64,000 nt of DNA from positions 117,800,001 to 117,864,000 of the forward strand of contig OX597816.1 in the NCBI GenBank assembly GCA_951406725.2. Direction: 5' to 3'. The translations under genes were made by a program, and so were the position numbers. The notes under the pieces are model-generated. The model made no database searches, was not told where the DNA came from, and saw nothing but the letters and a program-made list of their open reading frames with translations. Of the stretch, positions 41,584 to 54,964 are shown piece after piece; within the stretch, counting starts at the first letter, position 1; each line of letters begins with the position of its first letter. Source of the DNA: Octopus vulgaris. Lineage: Eukaryota.

Positions 41584-41648
<65 letters not shown>

Positions 41649-42190
41649 TGGTTGATACTGCCTTTTGCGTTGCAAATTAAGAATAATCTGGTAAAACCTA
41701 TCCTTTCAATTATTAATAAGCATTTTAACAATAACAATAAATATAATGAAATTATCAATATTAAAACTACTATCCCTAAAGTCAATAATATATCTATTAG
41801 CTGTGATTGTAGAATTAAAAGTAACTGCATACTTAGAAACGCATGTAAGCGTAAAAGCGTAGTATATTAATATACAGTAACGGCACAGGGAATGAGTTGT
41901 TATGTAGGTTCGACACAAAATGAAAATAAGAAACCTTTGGCCTCTCACATTTGTTCTTTCAGAAATAGAAAAAGATCTGGTTCCATTGGTCTGAGTAAGT
42001 TTATTTGGGAGCTAAAAGAAAAGAATATACAGTATGAATTAAAATGGGAAATACTGATCTTGGCACCCTCTTATCAAATAAGTAAGAGTAAATGTCACTT
42101 ATGCCTAAATGAAAAATTTTTTCTTCTCTCATCAAAATACCCTATTCTTAACCTTAGAGATGAACGTCATGACTCTTGCATACATTTGTA
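39335..42190 (+). pseudogene. decayed Naiad-clade PLE (RT, linker, GIY-YIG) interrupted by an R4/Dong insertion
   Basis: ITLKDHKENF..PKGRFICPT, FDVTMGSPDSAQLTDLVG, LYRND (YRDD motif), INFLD and RISFLSSNE before the insert. After it: CDC..C..C..VVY..YVGST..H..SF..IWELK..CHLCLNEK..LN.RDE..CIH. Several stops and frameshifts. Confidence 0.88.
40660..41584 (+). mobile_element. 5'-truncated R4/Dong-clade non-LTR retrotransposon in (AAT)n
   Basis: Open frame to the stop at 41394 with CCHC knuckle CRVC..H..C, RHD, and RLE motif R(S)D..D..K..KY..VVIGALG; 3' UTR; (AAT)n at 40509-40659 and 41585-41647. Confidence 0.9.
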
Positions 42191-42533
42191 TTCTCAAAAT
42201 ACTGATAAAATATTTAATTATTTACTTAATTTATTCCTTGCATTTGCATTTATGTCTAACCCATTTCACTACATATTTAACCTTTCTTCCTTTATACTAC
42301 TTTAAGCTCCTCTTTATAATCAACCCAACCCCTACTTTCTGTATGGATATATATTTTGCCCTTACACTAATATTCATGTATAATATTAACTTATTTATCT
42401 CTTTCCCATAAACTGTATTGAATTTAAACAAAATTTATAATCAACCCATTTATCTAACCTTTACCAGGTGTAACACCACGCATTCTTTTTTAAGTAAGTT
42501 TTATATATATAATATATATATATATACACACAC

Positions 42534-42966
42534 ACAAAATAAGAAAATGGAGAAATACATCCAAATCAAATATCAACTACCAGATAACACCCAATCACAT
42601 ACTTTATTAAACCACTACATAAGAAACTTTAAGGTCATACATAATAATATAGAACAAAACAGTGTACATAAAGGAGTGTACATATAGGAGTAATATGATA
42701 CAATAAGTACAATATGTATAAGAGAATATAAATATAAATAAATATAAATATAAAAATAAATGTTTATATTTATATTCTCTTATACATATTGTACTTATTG
42801 TATCATATTACTCCTATATGTACACTCCTTTATGTACACTGTTTTGTTCTATATTATTATGTATGACCTTAAAGTTTCTTATGTAGTGGTTTAATAAAGT
42901 ATGTGATTGGGTGTTATCTGGTAGTTGATATTTGATTTGGATGTATTCTCCATTTTCTTATTTTGT
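42534..42966. repeat. ~205-bp-arm near-perfect inverted repeat
   Basis: 42534-42738 is the reverse complement of 42763-42966. Confidence 0.9.
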
Positions 42967-43132
42967 ATTATGAATTTGTGGTAAAACATTTTACCTTTGC
43001 CCATATAATACAGTAAATGAATTAATTGCATCGCAATTCTTAACATTTATGTATTAACTTTGTTGGGTACTAGCAGTATATTGGATATATGTTATCCCAT
43101 GGAGGGTTGCATTTACAACCCCTATCTCAATT

Positions 43133-43174
<42 letters not shown>

Positions 43175-44206
43175 AATGGTCGTGGGTAAGGCCAGAACAA
43201 AGCGAAGTAAATGCAAAGCAAATCACAAGAGAACAAATATATGAATTAATGTAGACTTACCTTGTATTCAGTATTTCGGGGTTATGACCATACTTTCAAG
43301 AAATTAACGAATGTTGCCGATGTGCGTGTGTGTGATATGCGCGTAAAGGTGTTGCTATAGCAACCAGCTAGCTTCCTGTAGCTCTCTTCTGTTGTTGATC
43401 TTAGGTTTCTTTTGGTGTGTGAGGATGACCTCAGAGATTCTAAGGTTGCCTCTGTTCCGCGGTGTGGACTGAATTCCCGGGTCTGGCATTTCCGTAGATG
43501 TTACTTCACAGAAGTGTCTTCTGTATGTCTTTCTTAATGCGTATACGGAGTTTTCATGCTGAGTTTTCTATGTAGGATGCGTCACATTTTCCACAGATGA
43601 TTTCGTATACAACATAGTGACCCTGAATTGTGCCAGAGGACAATGAATCTATATGAATCTGAATGAATCTATAGTGTAGCGGTCATAATTTAGTGATGCG
43701 GATAAAATGTTGTCCCGACGGTGTAGTGGGGATTTTATAAAATTTAGATGATTAAATATGTATAAATCAACAAAACCGCTTATGTTCGCGCTGTTATACG
43801 AATTCATTTGGACGTCTAATAAGTCAAAAGCGCTATATTCCCAGGTTCAAAGACATCTGACACTGAATGATAGTGTTTTATGTGCATGCATAATGAGGCG
43901 CAATTCGAGTTCATCGATAATTATAAAATGACCTACAAATTCCAAGCATCGTGTTGCATAATTTCAAATATAGATAAGTAAAAATCTAAATATCAAACTG
44001 CAGGTATCTTACCTTACATTTACTGTGAGTGGCTTTAAACCAAGATATCACCGAAAAGCTACTAGCCCGTAGCAACGGGTTAGAACATTTCTTACTATTA
44101 TTATTGATACCCTTTAGATTTTTTACACGCTAAACGTAATTCTGTACAAGCAGGGTTAATTAGTTTGAATTTAGGTCCATAGTAAAAGTCAAATTTATGA
44201 TCTTTC

Positions 44207-44209
<3 letters not shown>

Positions 44210-44253
<44 letters not shown>

Positions 44254-44368
44254 ATGTGTGTGTGTGTGTGTGTGTGTGTATGTATATTTATGTATATATG
44301 TATGTGTTTGTATGTATATGTGTATATAATACGCATGTACATATGTATCATATATATATATATGTGTA

Positions 44369-44420
<52 letters not shown>

Positions 44421-44478
44421 GCCTGTGTATGTGTATATATATAGAGAGAGGGAGACAGATAGATATATACATATAATA

Positions 44479-44545
<67 letters not shown>

Positions 44546-44800
44546 GTATACATACATATATATATATATATAATATATACATATACATACATATATATAT
44601 GTATGTATATGGATATATACATACAAATATACACATATATTACACATATACAAATATACATACGCACCCGCTCACTCGCACACGACAGCATGTATGCACA
44701 CTGGCACACACGCACGCACACACACGCACGCACACATACATGCACACACACAAACACACACGCACACACACACACACATATACAACGTACATATATAAAC
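44210..44800. repeat. TA/TG/CA microsatellite mosaic
   Basis: Read directly. Confidence 0.95.
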
Positions 44801-45159
44801 ATTGCTATATGTGTGTCTTTGTTATTTAGGCTTTATTGAAAAAATATGTCAATGAAATCATTGCATTGGTTTAGTAGACAGAAGTACAGTAACTACCGAT
44901 GTCTTGCAAAATAAATAGTTTCTGTTTCCTTACGTAGACAGCGATAGTTACAGCAAACAAAAATATATTGGAATATATTAAAAATTTACACTGTTTAATA
45001 TCAATACTTTATGTATACACAGTAGAAATACACCCATACTCATATACAAGCTTACCTACTAACTCATACACATAGACACACACCTACGCATACGCACTCG
45101 TGCATTCACGCACTCACGCATACACGCACACCCACACGCGTGCACACTTAGTCTTTAGT

Positions 45160-46235
45160 CGAAAGACATCTTGTTTATTTTGTATTCTTATTCTGTTTTC
45201 GTTTTCGTTCTTGCTTTTGTACTAGCTTTATGTCTCCATCTTGTCTGTTTTCAGTCGTAAACTTTATTTCTTTGACCTCAGTACTTATCAGACAAACGAT
45301 ACCAACTTTTTCCAAGCACCGAAATCATAATGGCCCTGGATTAAAGGATGGCTGGTGAAAAGTGTTAATCCATGTCTGATTTTTGTCCTTTCTGTCATTC
45401 GTCGCACATGTCATCATATATCATTTCTAAAGTACATATTTTAAATTTTGACTGATTTGTTTTCTCCCGTTGTGAGCATCCCTCTTTTTCTCTCGATCTA
45501 TTTTACCCCACCTCTCTCTTTCTCACTACTTCTCATTCGCTCTATTTTGCTCCTTCTCTCTCACTATCTATTTCTTCCTCATTTTCGCCCCTTTGTCTCT
45601 GTCTCTCATTCTCACTTAGTTACCAGCTGCGTCTGCTATCTGTCATTCCTTTGTTTTGGCCTTTTGTCGCGCGATCTGACCACATGTGTCTAATGTTTCT
45701 CCTTTTGTAATTTGTACCAACACGAAAGTCATTTTATATTTTCCGTGCCTGTAAGGTGGCGAGCTGGGAGAATCGTTGCCACACTGGACTAAATGCTTAG
45801 TGGCATTTCTTCATACACCTTGCTTTCTGAGTTCAAATGCTACTGAAGTCAATTTCACATTTCCCCCTTTCGGGGCTGTTAAAATAAGTACCAGTTAAAC
45901 ACTGGTGTTAATGGAACCGACTCTCCTCTCCAATTAGAATTTCTGGTGCTGTGCGTAAATTAGAAAGTATTTTCCCTCTGGATTAGTTTGTCTTTATTTT
46001 AAGTCAAAAGATATCCTTTTTGTTTATACCCTATACTTGTTTGTTCTTGATTTCCGTATAAGTTTTATGTTTCGTCTTGTTGGTTTTTCATTTGTAACAC
46101 TTGTCCTCGTTTTATTTTGTGTGAATCTTGACGCTTTCCAAACGAACGATTCCAAATTTTTCCAAGTGACGAAATCCTAATGACCCACGATAGAAAGTTA
46201 GCTGTTGAAATGGTTTATCAATTACTGCCATTACG
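45160..46235 (+). repeat. old diverged direct repeats (~45160-45380 and ~46003-46230) with a family B SINE between them
   Basis: AACGATACCAACTTTTTCCAAGCACCGAAATCATAATGGCCC vs AACGATTCCAAATTTTTCCAAGTGACGAAATCCTAATGACCC. Confidence 0.55.
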
Positions 46236-46291
46236 TCCTTGAGCATTATGTGGATATACATATACATCTATATTAAATACCTCTATGCGTG

Positions 46292-46364
<73 letters not shown>

Positions 46365-46588
46365 GTATGTTTATGTGTGTATATATATATATGTGTGTGT
46401 GTGTGTGTATGAGTGTGTGTGTTTATATATATATACACATGCATATATATAAATGTGTGTGTGTGTATGCATATTAGACGGTTTGGAGATGATGTACAGG
46501 TATTATATATTAGAAGAAATATTAATAAATATCTGTAAATATAAAACCATCCAGATTTCTGAATACCTTATTTCTTCTAATATATATG

Positions 46589-46641
<53 letters not shown>

Positions 46642-46725
46642 ATATATATAGAGAGAGAGAAAGAGAGAGAGAGAGGGAGAGAGAGAGAGAGAGACACGCG
46701 CGCACACACATACACAGACACACAG

Positions 46726-46764
<39 letters not shown>

Positions 46765-46804
46765 CACCACTAACATCCATACCATTCGCTAGTCAAACAC
46801 GGGT

Positions 46805-47760
46805 AAAGATCATGTAATTAGTCGACAGCAATTTGTCGCCGTTTAATTTTTCCTCAGTCAATTCGTCGTTTGTCAATTCGTTGAGATCACAGGAAAAATG
46901 GAAGAACGAATATCTGAATTTAAAAAACGTTTATTTTAAGGTTTGCTGTATTACATATATATTTTTTCCTAAAATATGATTGTGTGCAATTGCTTTTAGA
47001 AAAATTATTTTGGGGTTTGGATTATATTTCTTCATGACATTTTTTATACGCAGGTTCATATCTCCGTATTTTTTCTTTTGGCTTGGACTTTCTCCTTCCA
47101 TAAACTTCTGCAGTTTGGTACTAGAAAACTTTCCCTCACATTTAATCACATCAATATTTCCAAATATTTAGATGACTAATATTCACTGTGTTTTTCAGCG
47201 TGCTGTGGTAAGCTTCTAAATTATTTGTAGTATGAGCAATCCCCGTCATATATCTATCCCAAACATTCCATATAGGTAATGGAAATGGAGGTCCAAGGCG
47301 TCGCCACCTCTATCCTCTTCCTCTACGTGATTCTATATAATTATTTTCAAAATAGGATACAATTGATTGGAATATCGTCGTCATCTATAAGTTGTTCATA
47401 TCCATCTACATCATCAACCGGCAGGAAGGCAAGGGCAACAAAACACCACATTTTAGAACTAAAACTGTCGTCTTCGTGATATCTGCATTTTAGTCCTTCT
47501 TGCATAATATGCTTGTACACATTTTGTCCTAAATAAAACAAGCAGCATGCCAAATGACGCAGGAAACGATTCCAAAAATCCGTTATGGGTCGCTTTTTGA
47601 AATCCATAATTACAGCCTTGGCCAAAATACAACCTTGGCAGGTATGAAAAAACAGAGAATATGATTGAAACTCATTTATTTCATAACTGAAATAATAATA
47701 ATAATAATAATAATAATGATGATGATAATAATGATGATGATAATAATAATAATAATAATA

Positions 47761-47792
<32 letters not shown>

Positions 47793-47915
47793 AATGATGA
47801 TAAAATAATAATAATAATAATAATAATAATATTTTACCCCAGTGTCACTTTGATGGCATGCACTGCTCTCTCTTTCAGTAATAACAACAACAACAACAGC
47901 AACAGCAACAACAGC

Positions 47916-47960
<45 letters not shown>

Positions 47961-50460
47961 AATAATAAAAAACATTTTTGAGTATATTCTATCAATAATT
48001 AATATTTGATGTCTTCCTTTTGCTTTTATAACCGCTTTTGTGTTTTTGCATGCTTGAGACTAAGTTCTCACAATTGGTTGGCTCAATTTTCTGCCACTTT
48101 TCATGAATTTTGGCTGTTAATTCACTTTTTGTACACACTCACGCGTGCCCAAGTGTGACCACAAATGCTCAATGGGGTTGAAATCTTGAATTTCTTTTTT
48201 AGTGGTGGGCGGGGGCATTCCATCAACCTCATCCCTTTCTCCTCAAACCAACCCAGTGAGACTGGCTGTGTGATATGGAGCATTGTCTTGTTAGAAGATT
48301 ACACCATCTGTTAAGTTATCATTGAAAATTTCACCTGAAGAAGGTTGATAAACTTGGTCTAATATGCGAGTGCAAGTGTTGGAATTCATTCTACCCTCAC
48401 AAGTGAACAACATTCCTGGCCCTGAAGACGACATGCAATCCCAAGCCATTACGCTACCACTTCCTCCAAATTTGATTGTTGGAACAACACATCTCAGATC
48501 ATAAGTTTCCCTAACTTTTCGATGAACATAAACAGCTCCAGGGGTTCCAAAGATCTGAGAAAAAATACAAATTTTACTGATTATTTTTGGTATCCAATAA
48601 AAAATATGTACAAGCGTAATACTAATATGGAGACCCTACCTCAAAGTTGCTTTCATCGGACCAAACAACATTAGCACAATCATCAACAGTCTAATCTTTA
48701 TGCTCTTTTGCCCAAGACAATCGCTTCTTCTTGTTCACCTCAGGCAGCCACGGTTTCTTTCTAGCCTTACATTCTTTAAGCCCAAATTCTAATAACCTTC
48801 TTCTCACTGTGCGAATTGATATCACTTTGTTGCTCTCCGAAACTCAGCAGCTATGGCAGAAGAGGATTTTTTTTACTGTTGGCCAGATATGTTCTCTTCA
48901 GCGACCTGTCTTCCCTCAAGGTTGTACACATTTTGTGACCTTGACCATCGCATCTTTTGAAAGAATTGGTCCCATTGTACCTTTTAATGGTTGTTTGGAC
49001 ACCGTTTCACGAGCATTTAAATTTTCTTGCAATTTTGACTTGGGATAATCCTTCTCTGAACAATGCAATGATTTGAGCCCTTTGAGCTTCAGAAATCTGT
49101 TTCTTCGGAGACATTTTTAACAAAGATCAACCACTGGTAAGTTAACAATAAGATATTCACTGGAAAAATAGGAAAAAATGTTAGTATCACACATTGAATG
49201 GCCGAAAATTGCCCCAACCACTTATGCAAAATATGCAAAAATGTATTAAAGCGGTCATAAAAGCAAAAGGAAAACATATAAAATACTAATTATTGATGGG
49301 ATATACTCAAGAATGTTTGTTATATTGTTTTCAGTTATTATGTGTTTTAATCATATTCTCTATTTTTCCATACCCGCCCCATAATTTTGACCAAGGCTGT
49401 ATATTACCAGATCCTTCATTCTGCTGTAATTCATTTATTTTGGAAAAAATGTCTACTATATGTGACTAATCTTTTGTCAGAGAGCAAGCGAACAATCGTG
49501 GGGCATTAAAATTATCAATTTGAATGTGAAGTGTATATAACTGAAAAAATATACTAGAACAACACTTAAATGTTCCATCTGCTGTTTTAACTGTCGAAGT
49601 GCATTGTCATTTACAAATATTGGTATTCGTTTTGAATCTTCCATTCCGCTGTCATACTGTAAAACGCTTCATAATTGTCACGGTAGGAGTATTCACTTGG
49701 AATGAAAAGCCCAACATTTGTAAGTGAGGTGGCAGGATAGTTGGAAGCAGCTGGCCTCCAGCGTCTGATATTTCTATTAAACTGTGCAAGCGGAGGTATT
49801 TGCGACAATGTACAGTCGTTTAAATTCTGAACTTCACTAGCGATAATTGAGCGAGGGGCATCACGAGATGAAATAGATTTTACTTCAATATTTGAAACTA
49901 TTGTCCTTGTATTTACCTCTGCGGCAGTTGAAGCGTGATTATGGATCCTAATCTTCTTAAGCTCTTTATAATTTTCATCTGTATGAAGTCTCGCCTTGCA
50001 CACACGATTTTCGCACCTTCAATACATCTTCAATCCATCTTCATTCTGCTTACTTATTTTTTTATGTATATATAATTTTCTTGATTGATCACTTTGATTT
50101 TTCCTTTCTCTGAAGTTATGAACTTGCAGGTAGCCATGTTGATGGGTAGGCGTATTGAATAAATTTAATTCGATTTAGTTGAAAATCTTTGTTCGTAAAC
50201 TGTTCGGTGCAGATACTCAAGAGAGAGAGAGAGGGAGGAGAGGGGGGTTAAAGAGAGGAAAAAATATCTAAAACTGTCCAGCGACAATTTTAATTCTAAA
50301 GTGATTATTCTAAACTTTCTCTCGAAAATTACATTTAAGAGTATTTTGGGACGAATTGGCACACGACTAATTGACCTGGGGATGAATTGACCGACGACGA
50401 ATTGACCAGAGACAAATTAACCGTCGATGAAATAACCGCAGACGAATTGTCCTCGCACCG
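46805..50460 (-). mobile_element. decayed Mutator-like (MULE) transposon with FLYWCH domain, split by a Tc1 element
   Basis: ATG at 50137: MATCKFITSEKGK..Y*RCENRVCKARLHT..HNH (FLYWCH); then FQLYTLH, IMDF, CLFYLGQNVYK, ALAFLP and TTNNLEAYH. Termini are diverged inverted arrays of ~15-bp GTCAATTCGTC repeats (46815-46882 and 50385-50460). Confidence 0.82.
47613..49399 (-). mobile_element. Tc1-family transposon, decayed, intron-containing transposase
   Basis: TA TSDs at 47611-47612 and 49400-49401; TIR CAGCCTTGG(C/T)CAAAAT with long subterminal homology; VVWSDESNFE, GGSGSVMAW, QDNAPYH, DFNPIEHLW and AVIKAKG. Confidence 0.9.
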
Positions 50461-50510
50461 TAATTTATAACATTATAAGACAAAAATTTCGCAACAGAAT
50501 CGTTGATCTT

Positions 50511-50567
<57 letters not shown>

Positions 50568-50902
50568 ATGATAAAGCTGGCAGTGGGAATTACTGATATA
50601 ATTCATTTTTGCCAGCTGAGTGTACGCGAGTAATGTGAAATAGAATATCTTGCTCAGGGGCATAATGTGCCGCTAGCAATCGAACTCAAGATTTTTAATC
50701 GTTAACCGAATATTCTTACCGGTCTCATTCAAATACAACACTGACTTCACTGTCCTGCGAACCACCAATTCTTTAGACGTTAGAATGAATTTGGAGAGAA
50801 TTGATCTGCCATTTTTAGCCCTTTCTTCATCGAAACACTCGTTCACTTGTCCACAGACCTCTGGTAATTCTTTTATATTTAATTTTTGTTTGCTATCATC
50901 TG

Positions 50903-51390
50903 TTTTTACTTGTTTCAGTCATTTTACTACGGTCATGCTAGTGCACTGCCCTGATGGGTTTTAGTCGAACAAATCGACTCAGGACTCAGTCTTTTGAACC
51001 TAGTACTTATTCTATCGGTCTCTTTTGCCGAACCGCTAATCTTACAAGGACGCAAACACACCAACACCAGAAGACAAACACAAAGTCTCACACACACAAA
51101 GATACATATACGACGAGCTTCTTTCAGTTTTCGTCTACCAAATCCACTCACAAAGCTTTGGTCGCTTCGAGGATATAGTGAAAAACATTTGCTCAAGGTG
51201 TAATGCAGTAAAATTGAACCCGGAATGATGTGGTTGTGAACCAAGCTTCTCACCACACAGCCATACCTGGAAGAGCTACTTTTCAGTTTCGACTACCAAA
51301 TTCACCAACGCAAAGTGTCACGCAGTTGGATTGGATCCAAGACCATATGGTTGATAAGTAAGCTTCTTAAACACACAGCCATGCCTGGGA
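50903..51390 (-). mobile_element. SINE family A copy plus a partial second head
   Basis: Reverse complement of 4954-5400. Confidence 0.8.
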
Positions 51391-51626
51391 AAACCATCTT
51401 TTCAATGAAGTTGCCTTTAATTAAATTTCTAAGGAAAAAATTAGGCACATTGATTGATCTTGTATTTCTAAACTCAGTAAAAAATGCAATTGTTTTTATT
51501 TTTGTTGTTGTTTACTTCGCAGAGAGAATCTTTTGAATGATGTTGGATTAAGAAGTAGAATGTGGGCAGAAAAAACGCAAAAGAAACACGTGATAAATGC
51601 AGTAGGGAGAGATAATTTGATATATA

Positions 51627-51686
<60 letters not shown>

Positions 51687-51717
51687 TGTATATATATATG
51701 TATATATATATTTAAAA

Positions 51718-51767
<50 letters not shown>

Positions 51768-51920
51768 TGTGTGTATATATCAAATTGTTTCTGTACCACT
51801 CGCTTTTTAATGCCATTGCACTCAAAAGTTCAATGTTGGAAGTTACGTAATGTTTGCGGTTTTTAAACACTAGAGAGACACTACCTCAGACTTGCATCAA
51901 AATGTGTGATCCTACATATT

Positions 51921-52287
51921 TCTTTTATTCTTTTACTTGTTTCAGTCATTTGACTGCGGCCATGCTGGGGCACCGCCTTTAGTCGAGCAAATCGACCCCA
52001 GGACTAGTACTTATCATATCGGTCTCTATTACCGAACTGCTAGCTTACGGGGACGTAAACACACCAGCATCGGTTGTTAAGCGATGTTGGAGGGAGGACA
52101 AACACAGACACACAAACATATACACGCACATACATAATTATATATATGACGGGCTTCTTTCAGTTTCCGTCTACCAAATCCACTCACAAGGCTTTGGTCG
52201 GCCCTAGGCTATGGTAGAAGACACTTACCCAAAGTACCACGCAGTGGGACTGAACCCGGAACCATGTGGTTGGTAAGCCACTCCTAC
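51921..52287 (-). mobile_element. SINE family A copy
   Basis: Reverse complement of 4954-5400. Confidence 0.85.
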
Positions 52288-52319
52288 ATCTGTAAGCAAA
52301 AAAAAAAAAAAAAAAACCG

Positions 52320-52575
52320 GCCGGTTACGACGACGAGAGTTCCAGTTGATCCGATTAACGGAATAGCCCTGCTCGTGAAATTAACGTGCAAGTGGCTAAG
52401 TATTACACAGACACATATACCATTAACGTAGTTCTCAGTGTGACACAGAATGTGACAAGGCTAGTCCTTTGAAATACAGGTACTACTCATTTTTGCCAAC
52501 TGAGTGGACTGGAGTAGCGTGAAATAAAATGTCTTGGTCAAAGACACCGAATACCCTATCCACTAAACTACGTGC
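52320..52575 (-). mobile_element. SINE family C (CORE-like central domain)
   Basis: CTCATTTTTGCCA.CTGAGTGGACTGGAG...CGTGAAATAAAATGTCTTG.TCAA is shared with ~50595-50720 and ~60480-60700. Confidence 0.6.
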
Positions 52576-52582
52576 TTTCACG

Positions 52583-52642
<60 letters not shown>

Positions 52643-52743
52643 ACACGTACATTCATATGTATGAATATATGTTCATGCATATATATGTGTGTATGTATGT
52701 GTATATGCATATATGTAAATGCATACATACATACATACATACA

Positions 52744-52775
<32 letters not shown>

Positions 52776-53190
52776 CATATGTATGCATATGTACACACAC
52801 ATTTATATACATATCTATCTGTATGTATATATATGTGTATATGTGCGTGTGTGTGTGTGTGTATAAAATATAAATAACAATTGAAGAACAACTGTCAATT
52901 CATTACGGCCGTTTCTAACGACTTCTTTAATTAATTAATGTAGATTAATCGACACCCCAGGCTAAAGAAGGTCTTCACTCACGTAAGGTGTTGTTATCTG
53001 TTTGGCGGGTATATGAGAGGTTTAGTCCACTTTGAACGTTTAAACCTAAACCAAACGATAACAAAGGAGATCTACTTTCTACATTATACCAAGGTTCATA
53101 TTTACATAATATTTTTGTGTATGTATATTATTCTGACATAACGCGGTGCCTCAACTTAAGTACCTAATTCAACTGAATCTTACTTATATC

Positions 53191-53228
<38 letters not shown>

Positions 53229-53271
53229 ATAAACATATATATATACGTATATGTATGTATATATATATATT

Positions 53272-53311
<40 letters not shown>

Positions 53312-53327
53312 TATACATACATATATA

Positions 53328-54566
53328 TAGGGTCATCCTATAAGCAATGCGGATTTTTCAATTTCATGAACTAAAAGTCGGAGGGGCTGGAATAAACTAC
53401 CAGCATCAACTTGCTATAAAAGTTGGTAGTAATTTTACCTTGTATTTATTCTTAGTGCAAGTTTTGAAGATTGCCAGTTACTTTTTCAAACCTATAATGG
53501 AAGTCACAAAGGGGCATATTCAACAAATTTTGCTTTATAAGTTCAATAAAGGCAACAGTGCAATGAAATTGCGAGGAATATTAATTCAGTATATGGGGAT
53601 CGGACAATAAGCATAAGCCAGTGTCAACGGTGGTTCCAGAAATTCCGAGCCGGAAATTACAGCCTAGAAGACGAGCCTCGTCCTGGAAGATCTGTAGAGC
53701 TCGACGATGATGTCCTACAGAACTTGGTGGAACAACATCTCATAGTAACTGTTGAGGAACTAGCAGAGAAACTTGGATTTAGTCATTTAGTCATTCATCG
53801 ACATCTGCATGCTATCGGAAAAGTCAGTAAATTGGATCAATGGGTTCCTCACAATCTTTCCGAGTCTAATCACGCGCAGAGAATGAATGCGTACTTTTCT
53901 TTGCTGTCATGTCTCATGAATGAACCCTTTTTGGACCGAATAGTGACTGGTTCTCTATAAAAATGGGTTCTCTATAAACATGTCAAGTGCCGAAGACAGT
54001 GAGTATGGAAAGGAGAAATACCGGCATCCCAGGCTAAAGAAGGTCTTCACTCACGTAAGGTATTGTCATTTATTTGGTAGGATATGAAAAATTTAGTCCA
54101 CTCTTAACTTTTAAACTCAAACCAAAGGAGATCTACTGCGTAAAGCTTGAGCGGCTTACGTCAGCGCTAGAAGAAAAACGACCATCTTTGGCTTCAAGAT
54201 GAAAAGTGTTCTTCCATCAGGATAATGCTCGGCCACATATAGTAAGGATGACATTCCAAAGGCTGGAACAGTTTCAATGGGAAATGATGCCCCACCCACC
54301 ACACATATATTCGCCCCATCTGAATATCATTTATTCTGCGGTCTTCAAAATCATTTAGACGGAAAAAATATGAATTCTGTCAGAGCAGTACTAGAGGAGT
54401 ATTTTTCGTCACGGACAAGTGAATTTTGGAAGTCTGCAAGTCTGCCAGATAGATGGAAGAGCACTGTAGAAAATGAAGGAGAGTATATTTTAGATTAAAA
54501 AACTTTATCTTAATTTTGAAAAATAAAAGAATTATAAAAAACCATATTATTTATCGGGTGACCCAA
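53328..54566 (+). mobile_element. mariner transposon, full length, decayed transposase (53497-54498)
   Basis: TIRs TAGGGTCATCCTATAAG / TTTATCGGGTGACCCAA within TA tracts; WFQKFRAG..LEDEPRPGR, WVPHNL, FLDRIVTG, HQDNARPH and APSEYHLF; stops and frameshifts. Confidence 0.92.
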
Positions 54567-54647
<81 letters not shown>

Positions 54648-54805
54648 TCACGTAGTTTTTTTTTACTTATATATTGATCATTCATTTTTATACTTTTTGA
54701 GAGAAAGTTATATGTTTTATAAAAATATATTTCACTTGTTATTTATGTTTTGGTTTATGTCTATCACTGTTTGAGTTGCATAATAGTGGTTTTATCTCTC
54801 TAATT

Positions 54806-54917
<112 letters not shown>

Positions 54918-54964
54918 AATTAGAGAGATAAAACCACTATATATACATATATATATATACATAT

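Noticed and set aside
46815-46885. Short regularly spaced repeats resembling a CRISPR array
   Set aside because: They are ~15-bp subterminal repeats of the MULE TIR, mirrored at 50385-50460, with no unique spacers and in a eukaryotic context.
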